Positions 1-12,078 are shown, counted from the stretch's first letter. The stretch is DNA of 64,000 bases from Lingula anatina (GCA_051362555.1 CM120649.1:15638567-15702566); one strand, 5' to 3'. Notes: a model not told the origin generated them from the letters alone. Made by a program: numbers and translations.

Positions 1-173
1 ACCTCTGTAAATTTCCCTGCCCAATTCTTCCACTTTTGAAATATATAAGTATACTTTTTCACCGTTTTATCTGCTCTAGATTTCAATACAATACTTGGTA
101 ACTCTTTACCCAATCTTCGTAAAGTTGCATAATTGAAATCCTTTAATTCCGTCCAAACTCCAGATTGGAATAC
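1..173 (-). CDS. N-terminal part of the DIRS tyrosine recombinase (partial; starts at a splice acceptor)
   Basis: Translates VFQSGVWTELKDFNYATLRRLGKELPSIVLKSRADKTVKKYTYIFQKWKNWAGKF, matching the SRAxxTxxxY...WxxW pattern of DIRS YR N-termini. Preceded by tttatttgtatttacag. There is an in-frame TAA at 245-243 with no ATG in between. Confidence 0.8.
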
Positions 174-409
174 CTGTAAATACAAATAAAGAATTTTGAT
201 GAAAACACACCAGTTTATGTTTACTAATATAAAAGCCCATTTTTAAAACATTTCAAATGTTCTTTTCATGCATTATAGGCCTACTGTTTTCAAAAGCCAA
301 TCCAGACAATCTTATATTTTCTCTTTTAACAAAAAAGAATGAATTATCCATTAACTCTTAACCATCGTTAAAAGTATGCTTTCATTGCCTTGATTATGTA
401 TAAACATTT

Positions 410-1300
410 TGTACACTGTCCATCCTGATTATCAACTTTCATAATAACACACCTTCATGCCACCAGACCTTTCAAATATATGAATTTCATTTAATGTTGT
501 ATAACATTTGTTTCATCGTCAATCCTGACTTGCAAAATATATTATAATTCACCTTTATCTCATCATACTTTTCAATTGAACTTTTCAATTCTGTGTAACA
601 ATTGTTGCAGTGTCAATCCGAACTATAAACCTTTATAAAATATACCTTCATTCCATAACGCTTTTCAATTATAATTTTCAACTCTGTATAACATTCGGTG
701 CAGTGTCAATCCTGACTACTAACCTTCCTAAATTATACCTTCATTCCATCACGTTTTTTCCCAATATAAATTTCAGTTTTGTATAACATTTTTCGCAGTG
801 TCAATCCTGACTGTCAATTTATAGAAAATACATCTTCATGCCGTAATAACTTTCAAATATATATTTCAATTCTTTTTAACATTTGTTGCATTGTCAATCC
901 TGACTGGCAACCTTCATAAAAATACACCAACATGCCATAAAACTTTCAAATATATATATTTCATTTCTGTGTAATATTTGTTGCAGTGTCAATCCTGACT
1001 TGCAACCTTCATGAAAAATACACCGTCATTCCATCACACCTTCTACATATAAATTTTAATTCTGTATAATGTTTGTTGCAGTGTCAATCCTGACTTGCAA
1101 CCTTCATAATAATACACCGTCATTCCATCACACCTTCTATATATAAATTTCAATTCTGTATAATGTTTGTTGCAGTGTCAATCCTGACTGGCAACCTTCA
1201 TAAAAATACACCATCCCATCTCGCCTTTGAAATATAACCTTCGTTTTTAGAAAATATTCTTCTATTAAAATCCTGTCTCCCCATCAATCCTGACTGCCAA
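410..1300. repeat. Tandem array of ~10 diverged ~94-bp units inside the DIRS element
   Basis: Core (g)tgtcaatcctgact recurs at ~417, 518, 610, 703, 798, 892, 986, 1081, 1175 and 1284; the last overlaps the final codons of pol (VRID). Confidence 0.9.
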
Positions 1301-3487
1301 AACTTTATCCTTAAATTTCTGCGACCCTATGTAAGATTGCTTATTTTTCCCCTGCTTAAAAATACCCTTGTTACCGAAAATAAGAACATCTTTTATGTAC
1401 ATTTTCCACTTCATATCTCTGTCAAATATCATTGGCCAAAATGCAGCCGACTTCCAACTTGGAACGACTAAAGTGCCTTTTGCTTTACAATTTAATAAAT
1501 GGTTTATTGCCTTTGGTACCAAACCTACAGGTGGAACTATCCAATTATTCTCATGCTGCCAATTTTGTAAAAATGCGTCTGTTGCCTCTGTATTTGGATT
1601 CCAAAATCTTGAATTAAAACGGTTTGTCTTTGTATTTTCAAAATTCGCAAATCTATCTACAATGTGAGGTCCCCACTTTTTATCCAAAAATTCGAAAAAA
1701 GAAGATTCTACCTCCCAGTCGTCTATGTCTACCAATTTGCTGATATAATCTGCTTTTTCATTTTTTGATCTAGGTATCCAGTTTACTGTCAAACTGATTT
1801 CATGACATGTACATAAATGATATATTTGTAAAGCTAAATGTTGTAGATCATGTTTCATAGATCCTGCCTGTATAATCCTCACGACATTTTGATTATCTGT
1901 GTACCAACCTATTTTACTTCTTTTTATAACTTTAATAAAAGCTTGTAATGCAATTGCAATTGCCTTCAACTCCCTCCATGTCGAACTTTTCTCCTTTTCT
2001 TCATCTGACCACATTTTGTGACAAATGTCAGATTGACAACGTACCAAATAGGCACCACATGCATAATCACTAGCATCTGAAAATCCCAAGATTTTGGGTA
2101 TTTCGTTTAAGAATAAATGTCTTTTATTTAGACAATGATTGTTTGACAACCAAAAATGTAACTCATTCAGAATTTCTGTATTTGAACGAAAATTTTTGCA
2201 TTCGTCCCAACTGTTTCTATCATTGATTGCGTGATACATATTTCTTGTCATTAATCTACTTATATCTCCAATAACAGTTGACATTGATATAATTTTTCCC
2301 GTAATTCGAGCCAGCTCACGTGCCGATGTCATATTAATATTTTGCATCAGTTTTCTAATATCATTTTTCAATTCTGAAACCCTTTTTTCTGTGATTGATA
2401 TCGTACCCTGTATCAAATTCCAATGAATACCTAACCAATCAATCTCTTGAACTGGTCTCCATATACTCTTTTCATTATTCACTACGAAACCCGATTTTTT
2501 CAAGTCTCCCCTCACTTTGTCTGAATATTTTTTGCACATCTCAAAATCATCACTAAATCCAAATCCATCATCCAAATACAACACTATAGGTATAGACCAT
2601 TCTCTCCAGTGTTTAACCAAACATCTTAATACTTTGGTAAAAATGTAACCTGCTGAAGATATCCCAAAAGGTAAAACTGTGTAAACGAAATATTTAATTT
2701 TTCCTTGAACAACCCAAGAAAATCCCAGAAATTCTTGCTGTGACTCAACAATATCTATATGATGATAACCATTTTTTAAATCAAAACTAAATGCAAATCC
2801 TTTTGAATTTACGTACTGTAATGCAATTCTTGTATCCTCAAATTTAATACTCTCTTTCCAAATGTATGGATTTACACATCTCAAATCTAAAACCAAACGT
2901 TTCTTTTTCCCATTTATTGCCACCGTCAAAGGATTAACAACTTGTGGTATCCCTTTAAATTCTTTGATACGGCCTGATTGTAACAAATCTGATATTGATT
3001 CTTCTACAAAATCCTTATTGTCTAATGCAGACTTATTGTTTTTCATAATCATTTTTGGTGGTGTATTTATAAAAGGAATAACATATCCTTGTTTTATTAC
3101 AACTAATACATACGTATTGGCACGAATACTTTCCCAAAAAGCTACATTTTTCTTCAATCTACCTTTCACATTGTCGCTATTATACTTATCTTTTAGAGTT
3201 GTATCTGTCTTATTGACTGCCGACCTGTGCGTAGCTGTAGTAGCTTGGGTTCGGTTCCGTGCTGTTTTGAAAGTATGACTGCTTTTGCTGGTTAAATTTG
3301 GAGCATTCTGCTCGCCAGTGACCGTATTGTCCACATCCAAAACACTGGTCATACTTGGACGGTTGACTTCTTTTGGCTCGAAAAAGCCTTTTGAATGGCC
3401 CTGAACCTGAAAAATTGGCTGAGGCTGTATATTGAACAGGCATATTGGAATAGCTATTATAAACACCAGACCTACGTTGACCGACAT
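1265..3487 (-). CDS. DIRS pol: reverse transcriptase, RNase H and DNA N6-adenine-methyltransferase-like domain
   Basis: RT motifs RLVLDLR, FDLKNGYHH, LPFG, YLDD; RNase H motifs FSDAS, ELKAI, YTDNQN, NEKADYIS; C-terminal WGPHIVDRFA...FNSRFW...DAF...WIVPP; uninterrupted 740 aa. Confidence 0.93.
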   Translation of the reverse strand: MSVNVGLVFIIAIPICLFNIQPQPIFQVQGHSKGFFEPKEVNRPSMTSVLDVDNTVTGEQNAPNLTSKSSHTFKTARNRTQATTATHRSAVNKTDTTLKDKYNSDNVKGRLKKNVAFWESIRANTYVLVVIKQGYVIPFINTPPKMIMKNNKSALDNKDFVEESISDLLQSGRIKEFKGIPQVVNPLTVAINGKKKRLVLDLRCVNPYIWKESIKFEDTRIALQYVNSKGFAFSFDLKNGYHHIDIVESQQEFLGFSWVVQGKIKYFVYTVLPFGISSAGYIFTKVLRCLVKHWREWSIPIVLYLDDGFGFSDDFEMCKKYSDKVRGDLKKSGFVVNNEKSIWRPVQEIDWLGIHWNLIQGTISITEKRVSELKNDIRKLMQNINMTSARELARITGKIISMSTVIGDISRLMTRNMYHAINDRNSWDECKNFRSNTEILNELHFWLSNNHCLNKRHLFLNEIPKILGFSDASDYACGAYLVRCQSDICHKMWSDEEKEKSSTWRELKAIAIALQAFIKVIKRSKIGWYTDNQNVVRIIQAGSMKHDLQHLALQIYHLCTCHEISLTVNWIPRSKNEKADYISKLVDIDDWEVESSFFEFLDKKWGPHIVDRFANFENTKTNRFNSRFWNPNTEATDAFLQNWQHENNWIVPPVGLVPKAINHLLNCKAKGTLVVPSWKSAAFWPMIFDRDMKWKMYIKDVLIFGNKGIFKQGKNKQSYIGSQKFKDKVLAVRIDGETGF

Positions 3488-4157
3488 TGTTGCGTTTCTG
3501 TTTTTTTTTTTTTTTTTTTTTTTGGCGCAATTTTCTATTTGCTCTTATCTGGGCTGAACGAATTTTCTTTTCGTCTTCACTATCATCTGCAAGATCATCG
3601 GATTGATATTCTTCCACAGCTTCCCAACCAGCATCCGATTTGTCCGCCAAACTTATAAGCTTGTTACGTTTCTTAATTTGATCTACGGACCTTTTGAGTA
3701 ACTGTCTTCCAGACTTCACTTCCCCTTTCTTAAAGTAACTTTCTGCAATTTCAAGGTTTTCAAGTACTTCAGTGTTAAATTCAAATTGTTTTTTGTTTCC
3801 TTTGAACTTGAATTCAATTTCATGGGATGACCTCAATTTTTTGTTTTCTGCTATATTTTTCTCGGACAGTTCTCTTTTTAATCCTTTAAACTTTTGATCC
3901 ATATAGGATTTAAACAAATTGAAAGTATCAGCAAGATTTGAGCCAACTTCACCTGGTATTTGTTGGCCACTCCCTTCATTTTCAAACTCTCCGCTCTCCT
4001 CGGTCGAGTAGTTTTTATCCTCTTTGTTTGATGCTACACCCTCCGACTGTATCAACTCAGGTTCGCTCACCTCAGGCCTCTCAATTTCTTTCTCAGTATG
4101 TTCAGAATCTGACTCAAACACTTTCTCTATCTTTTGTGATTTCCTACCCTTTGGCAT
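3210..4157 (-). CDS. DIRS gag-like ORF1 with a CCHC zinc knuckle
   Basis: ATG at 4157 (MPKGRK); F..KGNKKQFEFN and RNKLISLADKSDAGWEAVEEY..DDLADDSEDEKKI motifs; CFGCGQYGHWRAEC; overlaps pol in another frame. Confidence 0.88.
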   Translation of the reverse strand: MPKGRKSQKIEKVFESDSEHTEKEIERPEVSEPELIQSEGVASNKEDKNYSTEESGEFENEGSGQQIPGEVGSNLADTFNLFKSYMDQKFKGLKRELSEKNIAENKKLRSSHEIEFKFKGNKKQFEFNTEVLENLEIAESYFKKGEVKSGRQLLKRSVDQIKKRNKLISLADKSDAGWEAVEEYQSDDLADDSEDEKKIRSAQIRANRKLRQKKKKKKKQKRNNVGQRRSGVYNSYSNMPVQYTASANFSGSGPFKRLFRAKRSQPSKYDQCFGCGQYGHWRAECSKFNQQKQSYFQNSTEPNPSYYSYAQVGSQ

Positions 4158-5642
4158 ACTAGACGTTTGAAATATGAAATTCAAGCTTAGGAAAACTGGA
4201 ATGTCTGTACATTAGCGTAGCTCGACTTCGAATGATCGTTTCCCTTCCTCACGTGATCTGTTCACCTTTTGAATACAGCGCCCCCTGTACCTCCTAATAA
4301 CCTTTCTCCTAAGACACGTCATCGTTGACCCGTTAAACGACAATAAATACATAGAGACACTGTTAACCGTTACGTGCTATCGATCACCTTGTTTACGAGA
4401 AGTGTTTTTTAAAGTGCGAGACTTCAGTTAGCGGACCGTTGAATTCTAGATCTATGTAAACATACCTTTGCTTAAAAGAAGTAGGGTAATTTTTTGCTAC
4501 TGTATTTTTTTTATCTATCAGAAATCCGTTCTACTTTAAGACCTACTTTACAAACTGTTGTGCAAATTAAAAGCATGGTGTGGGAAATCCAAAGAATAGC
4601 AACACATTTTATGTCTACTTCTTCAGTAAATTATAAAAAGCTGCGATTCTTTAACTGTATTGACATATCCCTGACTAAAAAATCATACTTGTATTTTGTA
4701 GCTGAAATCTATTTCAATCAATGAATAGAGTCATACATTTTGCTGTGTTTTCTTTTTCGTGTGTACTAGTTCCATTTTAGTTTGTTTTTTCTCCATTAAT
4801 TTAGTGCATTTTTCAATAATTTAAAATGCTTAAAATATTAGTATTTTATCTTTCGTAAGACTTATAAGACTTATTGTACTCGGGTTTGTCACATCAATCT
4901 CTGGTCCATTACAAAATAAGTGAGATGGTAACCCTGCATTGGGATTACATCGGCTTCCAAGACAAATCAGTAAATTAGATTATCAATAATAATAACTAAT
5001 ACTATATTACATGAAATCAAATATTGCTTCGTAAATACAATGTTAAACTTTTTGAATTAATAAAATTCAATAGCTTGTAACTCCCAAATTGTGACAGTTA
5101 TATCATCGGACTGAAATTAACTGAAATTGTCCTTTAGGTTTTCATAATTATGATCTATGATCTATCTATAATACCATTAATTTAAACAATAATCCAAGTG
5201 TATAGTCATAAAGCAAAGAAGCTTCGAAAATCGCTCGATCAAGTTCTGGGTTACTCTATAATAAACCGATGAGCAAGGTTGGAAGCACAAAATTCATTTC
5301 GTAGGGCAAAAATAAGCAATTAATGGAACAATTAACTGAATTATGATAATTTATCAACTAAATTATTTAATTCCAATAGATCCATTTTGCAATGATAGTC
5401 TAATGTTGTAAGAAATCGTGATCACCCTATATCATAAAAAGTATTTTCATTTATAATTATATGATTGATACTCTACCATTTATAATTATCGTTATTACTA
5501 AAAAAAAACATTAACTAATTATTGTCTATTAGACCCAGCCCAATCTCTAATGACAGGTTTATTTCGGGGGGGGGGGGGAGTAATGCACGAACGTACTTTT
5601 TGGTACACACGTACCTCATCACCCAAAAATCGAGCCCAAATC

Positions 5643-8064
5643 TTATTTCCCAGAGCACTGAGCATCGAAAACTTTGAGATGCTGACCAGAAAAGGCAAAC
5701 ACTTTGCAGCAGACGACAGTTTTGTCGGGGAAAGCGTACGTAGAGCTCTGTGCAGAGCCGCAAGATGGCGCCACCTTGTAGAACGCCACGATTCTTCGGC
5801 CAGGAGGGGTTATGGACACAGCAGCATTCTCACACATGAATTGCCCAAGTGTCTTCTTCTCGCCATTAACATCTATGTCATCAGTCAGGGTTGTGTTGGC
5901 CAGTCTTAACTTCGCCAAACGCTCACAATCCACAGGGCAGCGCTGTAACACATTAGCACACTGAGGGGACAGAGCAGGGGTCACGTGGGCGGTAGGTAAG
6001 ATCTCTCGACGCTTCTTGGTGTTGAAGAACTGGGGGTAGACATCTGTAATCTTCAAAGTTTGGTCGTCGTATGCTAGCCACACGTCATCCTGACCATAGA
6101 TAATATCTGGTAGCTGCAGGAGTAGAGGACCTGGCGTGGAGGAAGTGTCCTCGGCGTGGAGGCTACATCGGCATCTTAAGCGGGAAAATAAGTGTGCTGT
6201 TTATGCAGAAATTAAATACAATTTATTGCATCCCCGTAATTTATATACATATATAAGGTTAGCCTTGTAAACAAAGATGACCTTATACTATCTTTTTACA
6301 GTATGTGGAACGCCATCACTCTGTAAATGTTACAGAACTTTTTGACCCCACGCACAGACGATCGAGCCAGGTGCGTCCTTTAATTAAGAGTAGAGTACAA
6401 AATACTAAAATGTTGCTTTAATCTTTTTACTACTTATCCATCGGTTGTACAATCGGTAACTTTTGTGAAAAATCCTTTTAGAGGTTGAATAAACATCATT
6501 GGTTCATGGTTTCCTGTATCACTTTTCGCATTGCAATAAGGGAGGCACATTTTTGCTAGGGGAGTATATAAAGGACGAAAGCTTACTGTCTTAAATAAAG
6601 CGATGTAGTACGTTACAAACTGAAGGGAATATTTATTTAATAGTTAAATGTCTTCAGTTTGATGGAATGAATGAATGAATAAGCTGCAATACTACACCTT
6701 TCTGTGGGATGTCCTTGTTTTATCTCTGAACAAAAAAGAGACAAATAATAAATAGAACAGAAGAAGTTTGATTTCATAAGATAGTGAGCGTTATGCGTCG
6801 TTACTCAGGAGAGCTAAATCATATTTTAACATTAAAATTGGCATTGTTGACGATAGTGGCGTAAACTATCTGGTGCCAGAATTTGCTTTTGTAATTTCTA
6901 ATGTGTAAGACTTATAAATTCCTTACTATGATGCTCCATCAAACCAAGGAGTCTCATACAAATCCCTGATCAAACAAAGGCATCATTTCACCTCTTAACT
7001 GATGAAAAAAGTAAGCTTTTCATAGATATTCCCAGTCACCTGATTGAAGCACTTAAACAGTGAAGTGGTGATCAAATTAGCGCTAAAGCGGCACTGATAG
7101 CTTATCAAGTGAGGCCCAACGTGCTTTGCTCTGACTGACGAATTTTTTGCATATCCTAAGAGGGTAAGGAAATAGACCCTAACGTTTACCTCCGTAGCAT
7201 TCCAAGCCTTTAACAGTTAAGTAAGCGTCTTCAAAATCATTGTCTGTGTCTTTCACGTACACCTGCTTAACTGGTAAATAGCGTTTATCTTCTAAGTAGC
7301 CCTCGTCACTTCTCCAAACTGCGTCATTGGTTAGACAGTTACAGGACTTCCTATAAAAACGATTTAATCAAATTAGCATATAACTATAAGAAAACCTCGG
7401 AATGAAAAACTGATAGTATTAGTAGAAAGTGTACATTTACTGTGAAGATAAATACTCGATGCTCAAGCTTTCAAAGAAACATAACAGTCGATGTTGTAAC
7501 TTAAGATAAATCTGATGTTAAAATGAAAAGTTGCAATCAGGTATGGACATAAATACATTGCAGCTTATTTTATTGTGTTGAAGGGTGAGTTACTTAGGGT
7601 CATGGCAGCGTCCCTGTACGGCACAAGCACACAGAGAGCTGTTGGTGGGGGCACCACCCCAGTTGGTCATTTTCCAACCTTGTCTGGAAACCCACCAAGT
7701 CGGTCTGTGAAACTGTAATACATGGTTGCACGAAATCTGAATATACTGGCGACAACTCCCGGAAATTTTGATGAGACCTTCTAACTGCAGCAGGGTTGGT
7801 TTGTAGGTAAAATTTACAGGTATATCTAGATTGCCTGTATAATGAAACCGTTTTGGCTGTGACAAAGCACTGTCGTGTGTTACCAAGGTGACACCATGTC
7901 CTGGGAGGTCTTTTGATGTTGTGCACGTGACCTGAAATGGCGGCTCTCCCCCTGGGCCGTCCGGATCTATGGTGTACATAGCCGTGTACAAAGCTCCCCC
8001 GGCAAAGTGCCGCAACACATCTTCGCATGATCGAGGAACTAAAAAGGCAGTTGAAATACCATAA

Positions 8065-8105
<41 letters not shown>

Positions 8106-8274
8106 AATGATACAGAAGGTGTTGATATTATATCGATAAGAAGCCTCAAGCTGTGACGATTATGGATAACGATTTCAATTTAATATGACCAATGTAACGA
8201 AAAAGCTACTAAACGAATAAAAAAGATAAGCAGATTTGATAGAGCGGTACCTACCATGGTTGGCATGTGTAGGC
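5643..8274 (-). CDS. Multi-exon gene, copy 1: CASPR/Neurexin-IV-type fibrinogen-related domain plus an unknown Cys-rich C-terminal domain (5' exon not found)
   Basis: GT-AG exons 8274-8255, 8038-7594, 7350-7190, 6725-6698 and 6174-5643 join in frame. Motifs PRSCEDV..YTIDPDGPGGEPPFQVTC..TLVTHD, CRQYI, WWVSRQG..NWGGAP..CACA, CNC..ND.VWRSDEGYL..K..LPV. Confidence 0.85.
8069..8105. repeat. (GA)n microsatellite; equivalent tract at ~31352-31378
   Basis: Seen directly, in the same intron position of both gene copies. Confidence 0.9.
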
Positions 8275-9719
8275 CTGTAATGTTTCTGCGCGATTAAGAA
8301 ATATAGAAACAAAAACCTTGAGTTAGCCATTTTTCGGAAGAACATTTCTCAGTCCAATGATTATGCGGCGTGACTGTTGCTAGTCGGCAACGGTATGATG
8401 GAAGAGAGAAAGACATGGACTAGATAGGGCGCGGTGATAACATTTACAGCTGCTGTTTTAATCCCCGAGGTTATCAAGATGAACCCCCCCCCCCCTTAAA
8501 TTTGGTGACAGAAATTAAAGTAATTATAAATGCATAAAAATGTTTTTCAATTATGGAGATGTATATAGTTAAAAGTATAATATCCCCTGCAAGAGTATCA
8601 AAAGACGGAGTCATTGTTCACCTTTTCCTTGAGTTGTTTGCTTGTTTGTTTGTTTGATTGATTGTTCGTTTGTTTGTATTTTTTTTTTTTTTTGGAATAG
8701 GTCAGGGAGACGGGAGCGCAGGGAAGACGTTATCTACCAACTTCTGACCTTGTGTGAGTGAGTGAGTGAGTGCACATGCTATACTTAGAGCTTTTAGTTT
8801 ACCGTTGACATTTAACTTCATATGCCCGACATAAAGAGTCTTAACCCAAATATGCACAAACAACTTTACAATGGGGAATACCTGCTTTAAGGGTCTGCCG
8901 CTAGATGGCGTGGGGGTGAAAGCAGTCCTTCTAAAATCTCGCAGAATCTCGCTCACGGCTTTACACCAGAGTTTAACATGGAGCGTGTGCACGCGTCGCT
9001 GACAGTGAACCAACTCAAACGCAATTTACTTGAATGTGGTGCCATAACATCTGGATGAAAATGTGAATTGACTGGAAGGTATGTGTTTTCTTTTCATTTA
9101 GTGCTTGAAAAACACGAATGCTAACTATTTTCCTTGAAAAAATCAAAAATTAGTCGAGGTGTGTGTGTCAAATCTGACATGTTATGTACATGTAGACTAC
9201 TGTGTAGGTACGAGTAGGCCTACGTTCATATTTTGTTTTAGTAGCACGAAAGATTTTTATACTTAGTAAATGTACTTATTTATTTTCTTTATAAGGTTAC
9301 CCAAAGAAGGCCCATATATCGGGGGCAAAGCCTGAAACTGTCGATTTCAGGACCCCAGGACAGCCAACTTCAAGAGCAGGATAAAATGATTACTTCAGGA
9401 ATCTTACCTATCACTTCACATCAGCGGCAAAGATTGATGTAGCCACCAGTAATGCCTACCCTAAAGCTGACTTACAGGCGGCTGTGATGGACAACAACTA
9501 TTGCCAAGTGCCATGAAAAGAATAAAGCATGGATAGAGGGAATGATGTAAGTGAAAACAGAGGTCTACTATTAAGAATCGGGCCCAAATATGAGAAAGAA
9601 TTATCAAACTAGGTGATAGGTGACATCATAGAATTATAATATTGTATCTAAACTAATCTAAATTGTATCTATTTAATGCTGTAACCATCTACCATGCTTT
9701 AATGGGATATGAATATTTC

Positions 9720-10181
9720 AGGTTGAGGAACAAACAGCGAAGGACACTGAGTAAGCAAGTTATAACAAGGAAAGAGCGCAATCTGACACAAGGAGAGACA
9801 ATGGCGGATCACTGCCTCAAGATTTGGAGAGATAATTGCAGCTACAGAGAAGAAGTATATAAACAAACTGTATGAATCTTTGTTGTGTCCAAAACCATTG
9901 CAGACACATGACAGTTGGACCCGGACCTGATTTCCCCTTTTGGAATGTGTATCTCGTGCACAAATCTGGGCCTAAAGAAAACCTGCAAATACTTTACTCA
10001 GTTAGAAGGCCAGATGTTCATTACGAATCGCCCATTCTGCTATTTTGTTGTGTTTACATTCAAAGATCTGTTTGTGGGGTTGATTCATTCTGACACTGGA
10101 TATTTTTCTACATGTATTTTGCCGAGGATAACTTTTTTTAATGAAAAACACTATAGGAAGTACGTGTCAGCTAGTTTATAG
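9720..10181 (+). pseudogene. YqaJ/lambda-exonuclease-like relic of the transposon
   Basis: QGKSAI*HKERQWRITASRFGEI, then YFTQLEGQMFITNRPFCYFVVFT..D....I..D; contains stops, frameshifts and an internal deletion. Confidence 0.8.
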
Positions 10182-11119
10182 AAAGTACCCCTGTATGAGA
10201 TGGTTTTAGCTGCAATCACAATTTTGAAGTGCCATTTAAAAAAAGTTTTAACTAAAATGAAATAATTTGGTGGTGCTATATTCTTTACAAAAAGTACTTA
10301 TGTGTTTATGCTGTTTTTAATAATATTTAACTGTAATGAGAAAAAAACTATGATGCTATTTTGTAAAGTATTTTTAGTGGGATGAAATAATTTGATAGTT
10401 GTATTTAGAGCAAATAATTTGGTTTTTCTGCTTTTAAAAGAATTTTCAAAGTGCTGACATAATGTGGTGGTTCTATTCAAATAAAATAATTCATAAGTAC
10501 TATTTTGTAAAAAGGAACAAAAAAACTGTTCATTTGTAAAATGTTTGCTTTCTTTAATTTTTATTTCTTAAACTGTTACAAAAAGTTTTCCATACCTACA
10601 GTAATCCATTGGCTGAGAAATTGCAGCTATATAATCAGGAAAGTTATAGCACAAATAAATTATCTAAGTATTACATGGTTTCATGGTTTTTACTATGGAC
10701 TGAATAATTATTTTGTTTAAATAAAACATTTGGTTTTGCTGCTTTTTAATGAATTTTCAGAGCGATGAAATAATATGGTGTTTCTACTCAAGTAAAACAA
10801 TTCAGAAGTGCTATTTTGTAAAAAAAGAATAAAAACTGTTCATTTATAAAATGTTTTCTTTCTTTAAATTTTATTTCTTAAACTGTTACAAAAAGATTTC
10901 CAAACATGCATTATTCCATTGGCTGAGAAATTGCATCTATACATGTACAAATAAATTATCTAACTATACCTAGTTTTATGATTCTTACGATGTACTGAAT
11001 AATTTTTTTAAATAAAAATAATTATTTAATTAACATTACCGGTCATGCTCAATACATCAATAAAAAAGGATATTACTTAATAACACAACCTTATGCGGGT
11101 AGAAGGCTACCGGCACTTA

Positions 11120-11463
11120 TGTATATTTACTGACAACTCTTCTGAAATTACGGACATAAGAAGAAAACGCACTTTGATAAATCGTACTTCCTAGGGGCAC
11201 TTTCTTGCTATGGAGCTCTCTTTTCAAAACTTAATGAGTTTTTCCAAGATCAATTAACCTTTCTACGTGTATTCTTTTTGAGGCAACTCGTCTATCTTTA
11301 GGGGCCTAATTACTGTGCCTGGGTCAAGTTGTAACTGTCCTTTTAACATGGAAGGTGTGTTGACATGGACAACCCTTCACTTCAAACGAAGCCCTGAATC
11401 CTCAGGAAAATTATGCCCACCTTGCCGACTTTGACATTCAGGTACACAACAATACTGAGGCAT
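11120..11463 (-). pseudogene. Internally deleted THAP plus DDE transposase relic
   Basis: MPQYCCVPECQSRQGGHNFPEDSGLRLK* (THAP start) joined directly to VHVNTPSMLK...QL.P...DRRVASKRIHVERLI (C-terminus of a DDE_Tnp_4-type transposase). Confidence 0.78.
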
Positions 11464-11694
11464 GTTTATTAAGGCCAGTGCCACAGTCCAACGCATATGA
11501 TATCCAACATGGCGACTGTGGAAGGACTGAATTCACACTAGCGACACCTGGCGCCAAGCGGGCTGGTATACCTCATTTACAATACAAGTTAAAGAAATTT
11601 ATAAAAATAATGTGACAAATGAAGCACACACAAAAAAACTGTAATTTTAATAATATCATGACCGCCATACATATACTTTCTCAATAATGACATA

Positions 11695-11990
11695 AGTGAA
11701 CAAGACGAAAACAACATTTCAATCACTGTTACATCTAAAGAAAAATGCACTATGTGACAGATGCACAAGGCAGCCGTTGTCTTCTCTAACACAATCTACT
11801 ACACAAAAAACGATTTCAGCTATAAACAAAGTGACGAGTGGACGAGCCCGACAACGCCACCGCGGCAGCTTACAACAATACACCAATAATAAAACACTCG
11901 CCAAGGCCAGAGTCATCACAACCATCATTACAGCTCTCCTGCTGATTCTATGCGAGACGAGCTTACATGCCTGGCGACTTTTCAAAGGTG
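11695..11990 (+). pseudogene. IAP fragment (BIR1-BIR2 linker and exon-1 end of the 58290-type gene)
   Basis: QPLSSLTQSTTQ...DEPDNA...DSMRDELTCLATFQR followed by the same donor gtgagtaat as at 57685; frameshifted. Confidence 0.8.
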
Positions 11991-12078
11991 AGTAATTCTG
12001 TCCCGCTGAGCTACAAAACCCATAAGCATTTATCAAAAAAAAAACAAGCAGACTCGCCAGACAAGGTCAGCTCCACTT

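Larger units (their letters stand above)
1..4330 (-). mobile_element. DIRS-class (tyrosine recombinase) retrotransposon, running off the left edge of the window
   Basis: Order on the minus strand: gag (CCHC), overlapping RT-RNaseH-methyltransferase-like ORF, ~94-bp tandem array, start of a YR ORF. The right boundary is approximate; homology to the 27.1-kb paralogous flank starts at ~4430. Confidence 0.9.
8873..11574. mobile_element. Degenerate ISL2EU-like (PIF/Harbinger-related) DNA transposon
   Basis: Imperfect termini GGGGAATACC...GGTATACCTC, each flanked by AT; convergent relics of a YqaJ exonuclease and a THAP-DDE transposase; internal ~310-bp tandem duplication at ~10400-11010. Confidence 0.75.

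Noticed and set aside
410-1300. CRISPR-like repeat/spacer appearance
   Set aside because: The intervening sequences are homologous to each other, the context is eukaryotic, and there are no cas genes.
5643-8274. Calling the gene a true CASPR/Neurexin-IV ortholog
   Set aside because: No laminin-G, EGF or TM exons; the gene ends in an unrelated domain.
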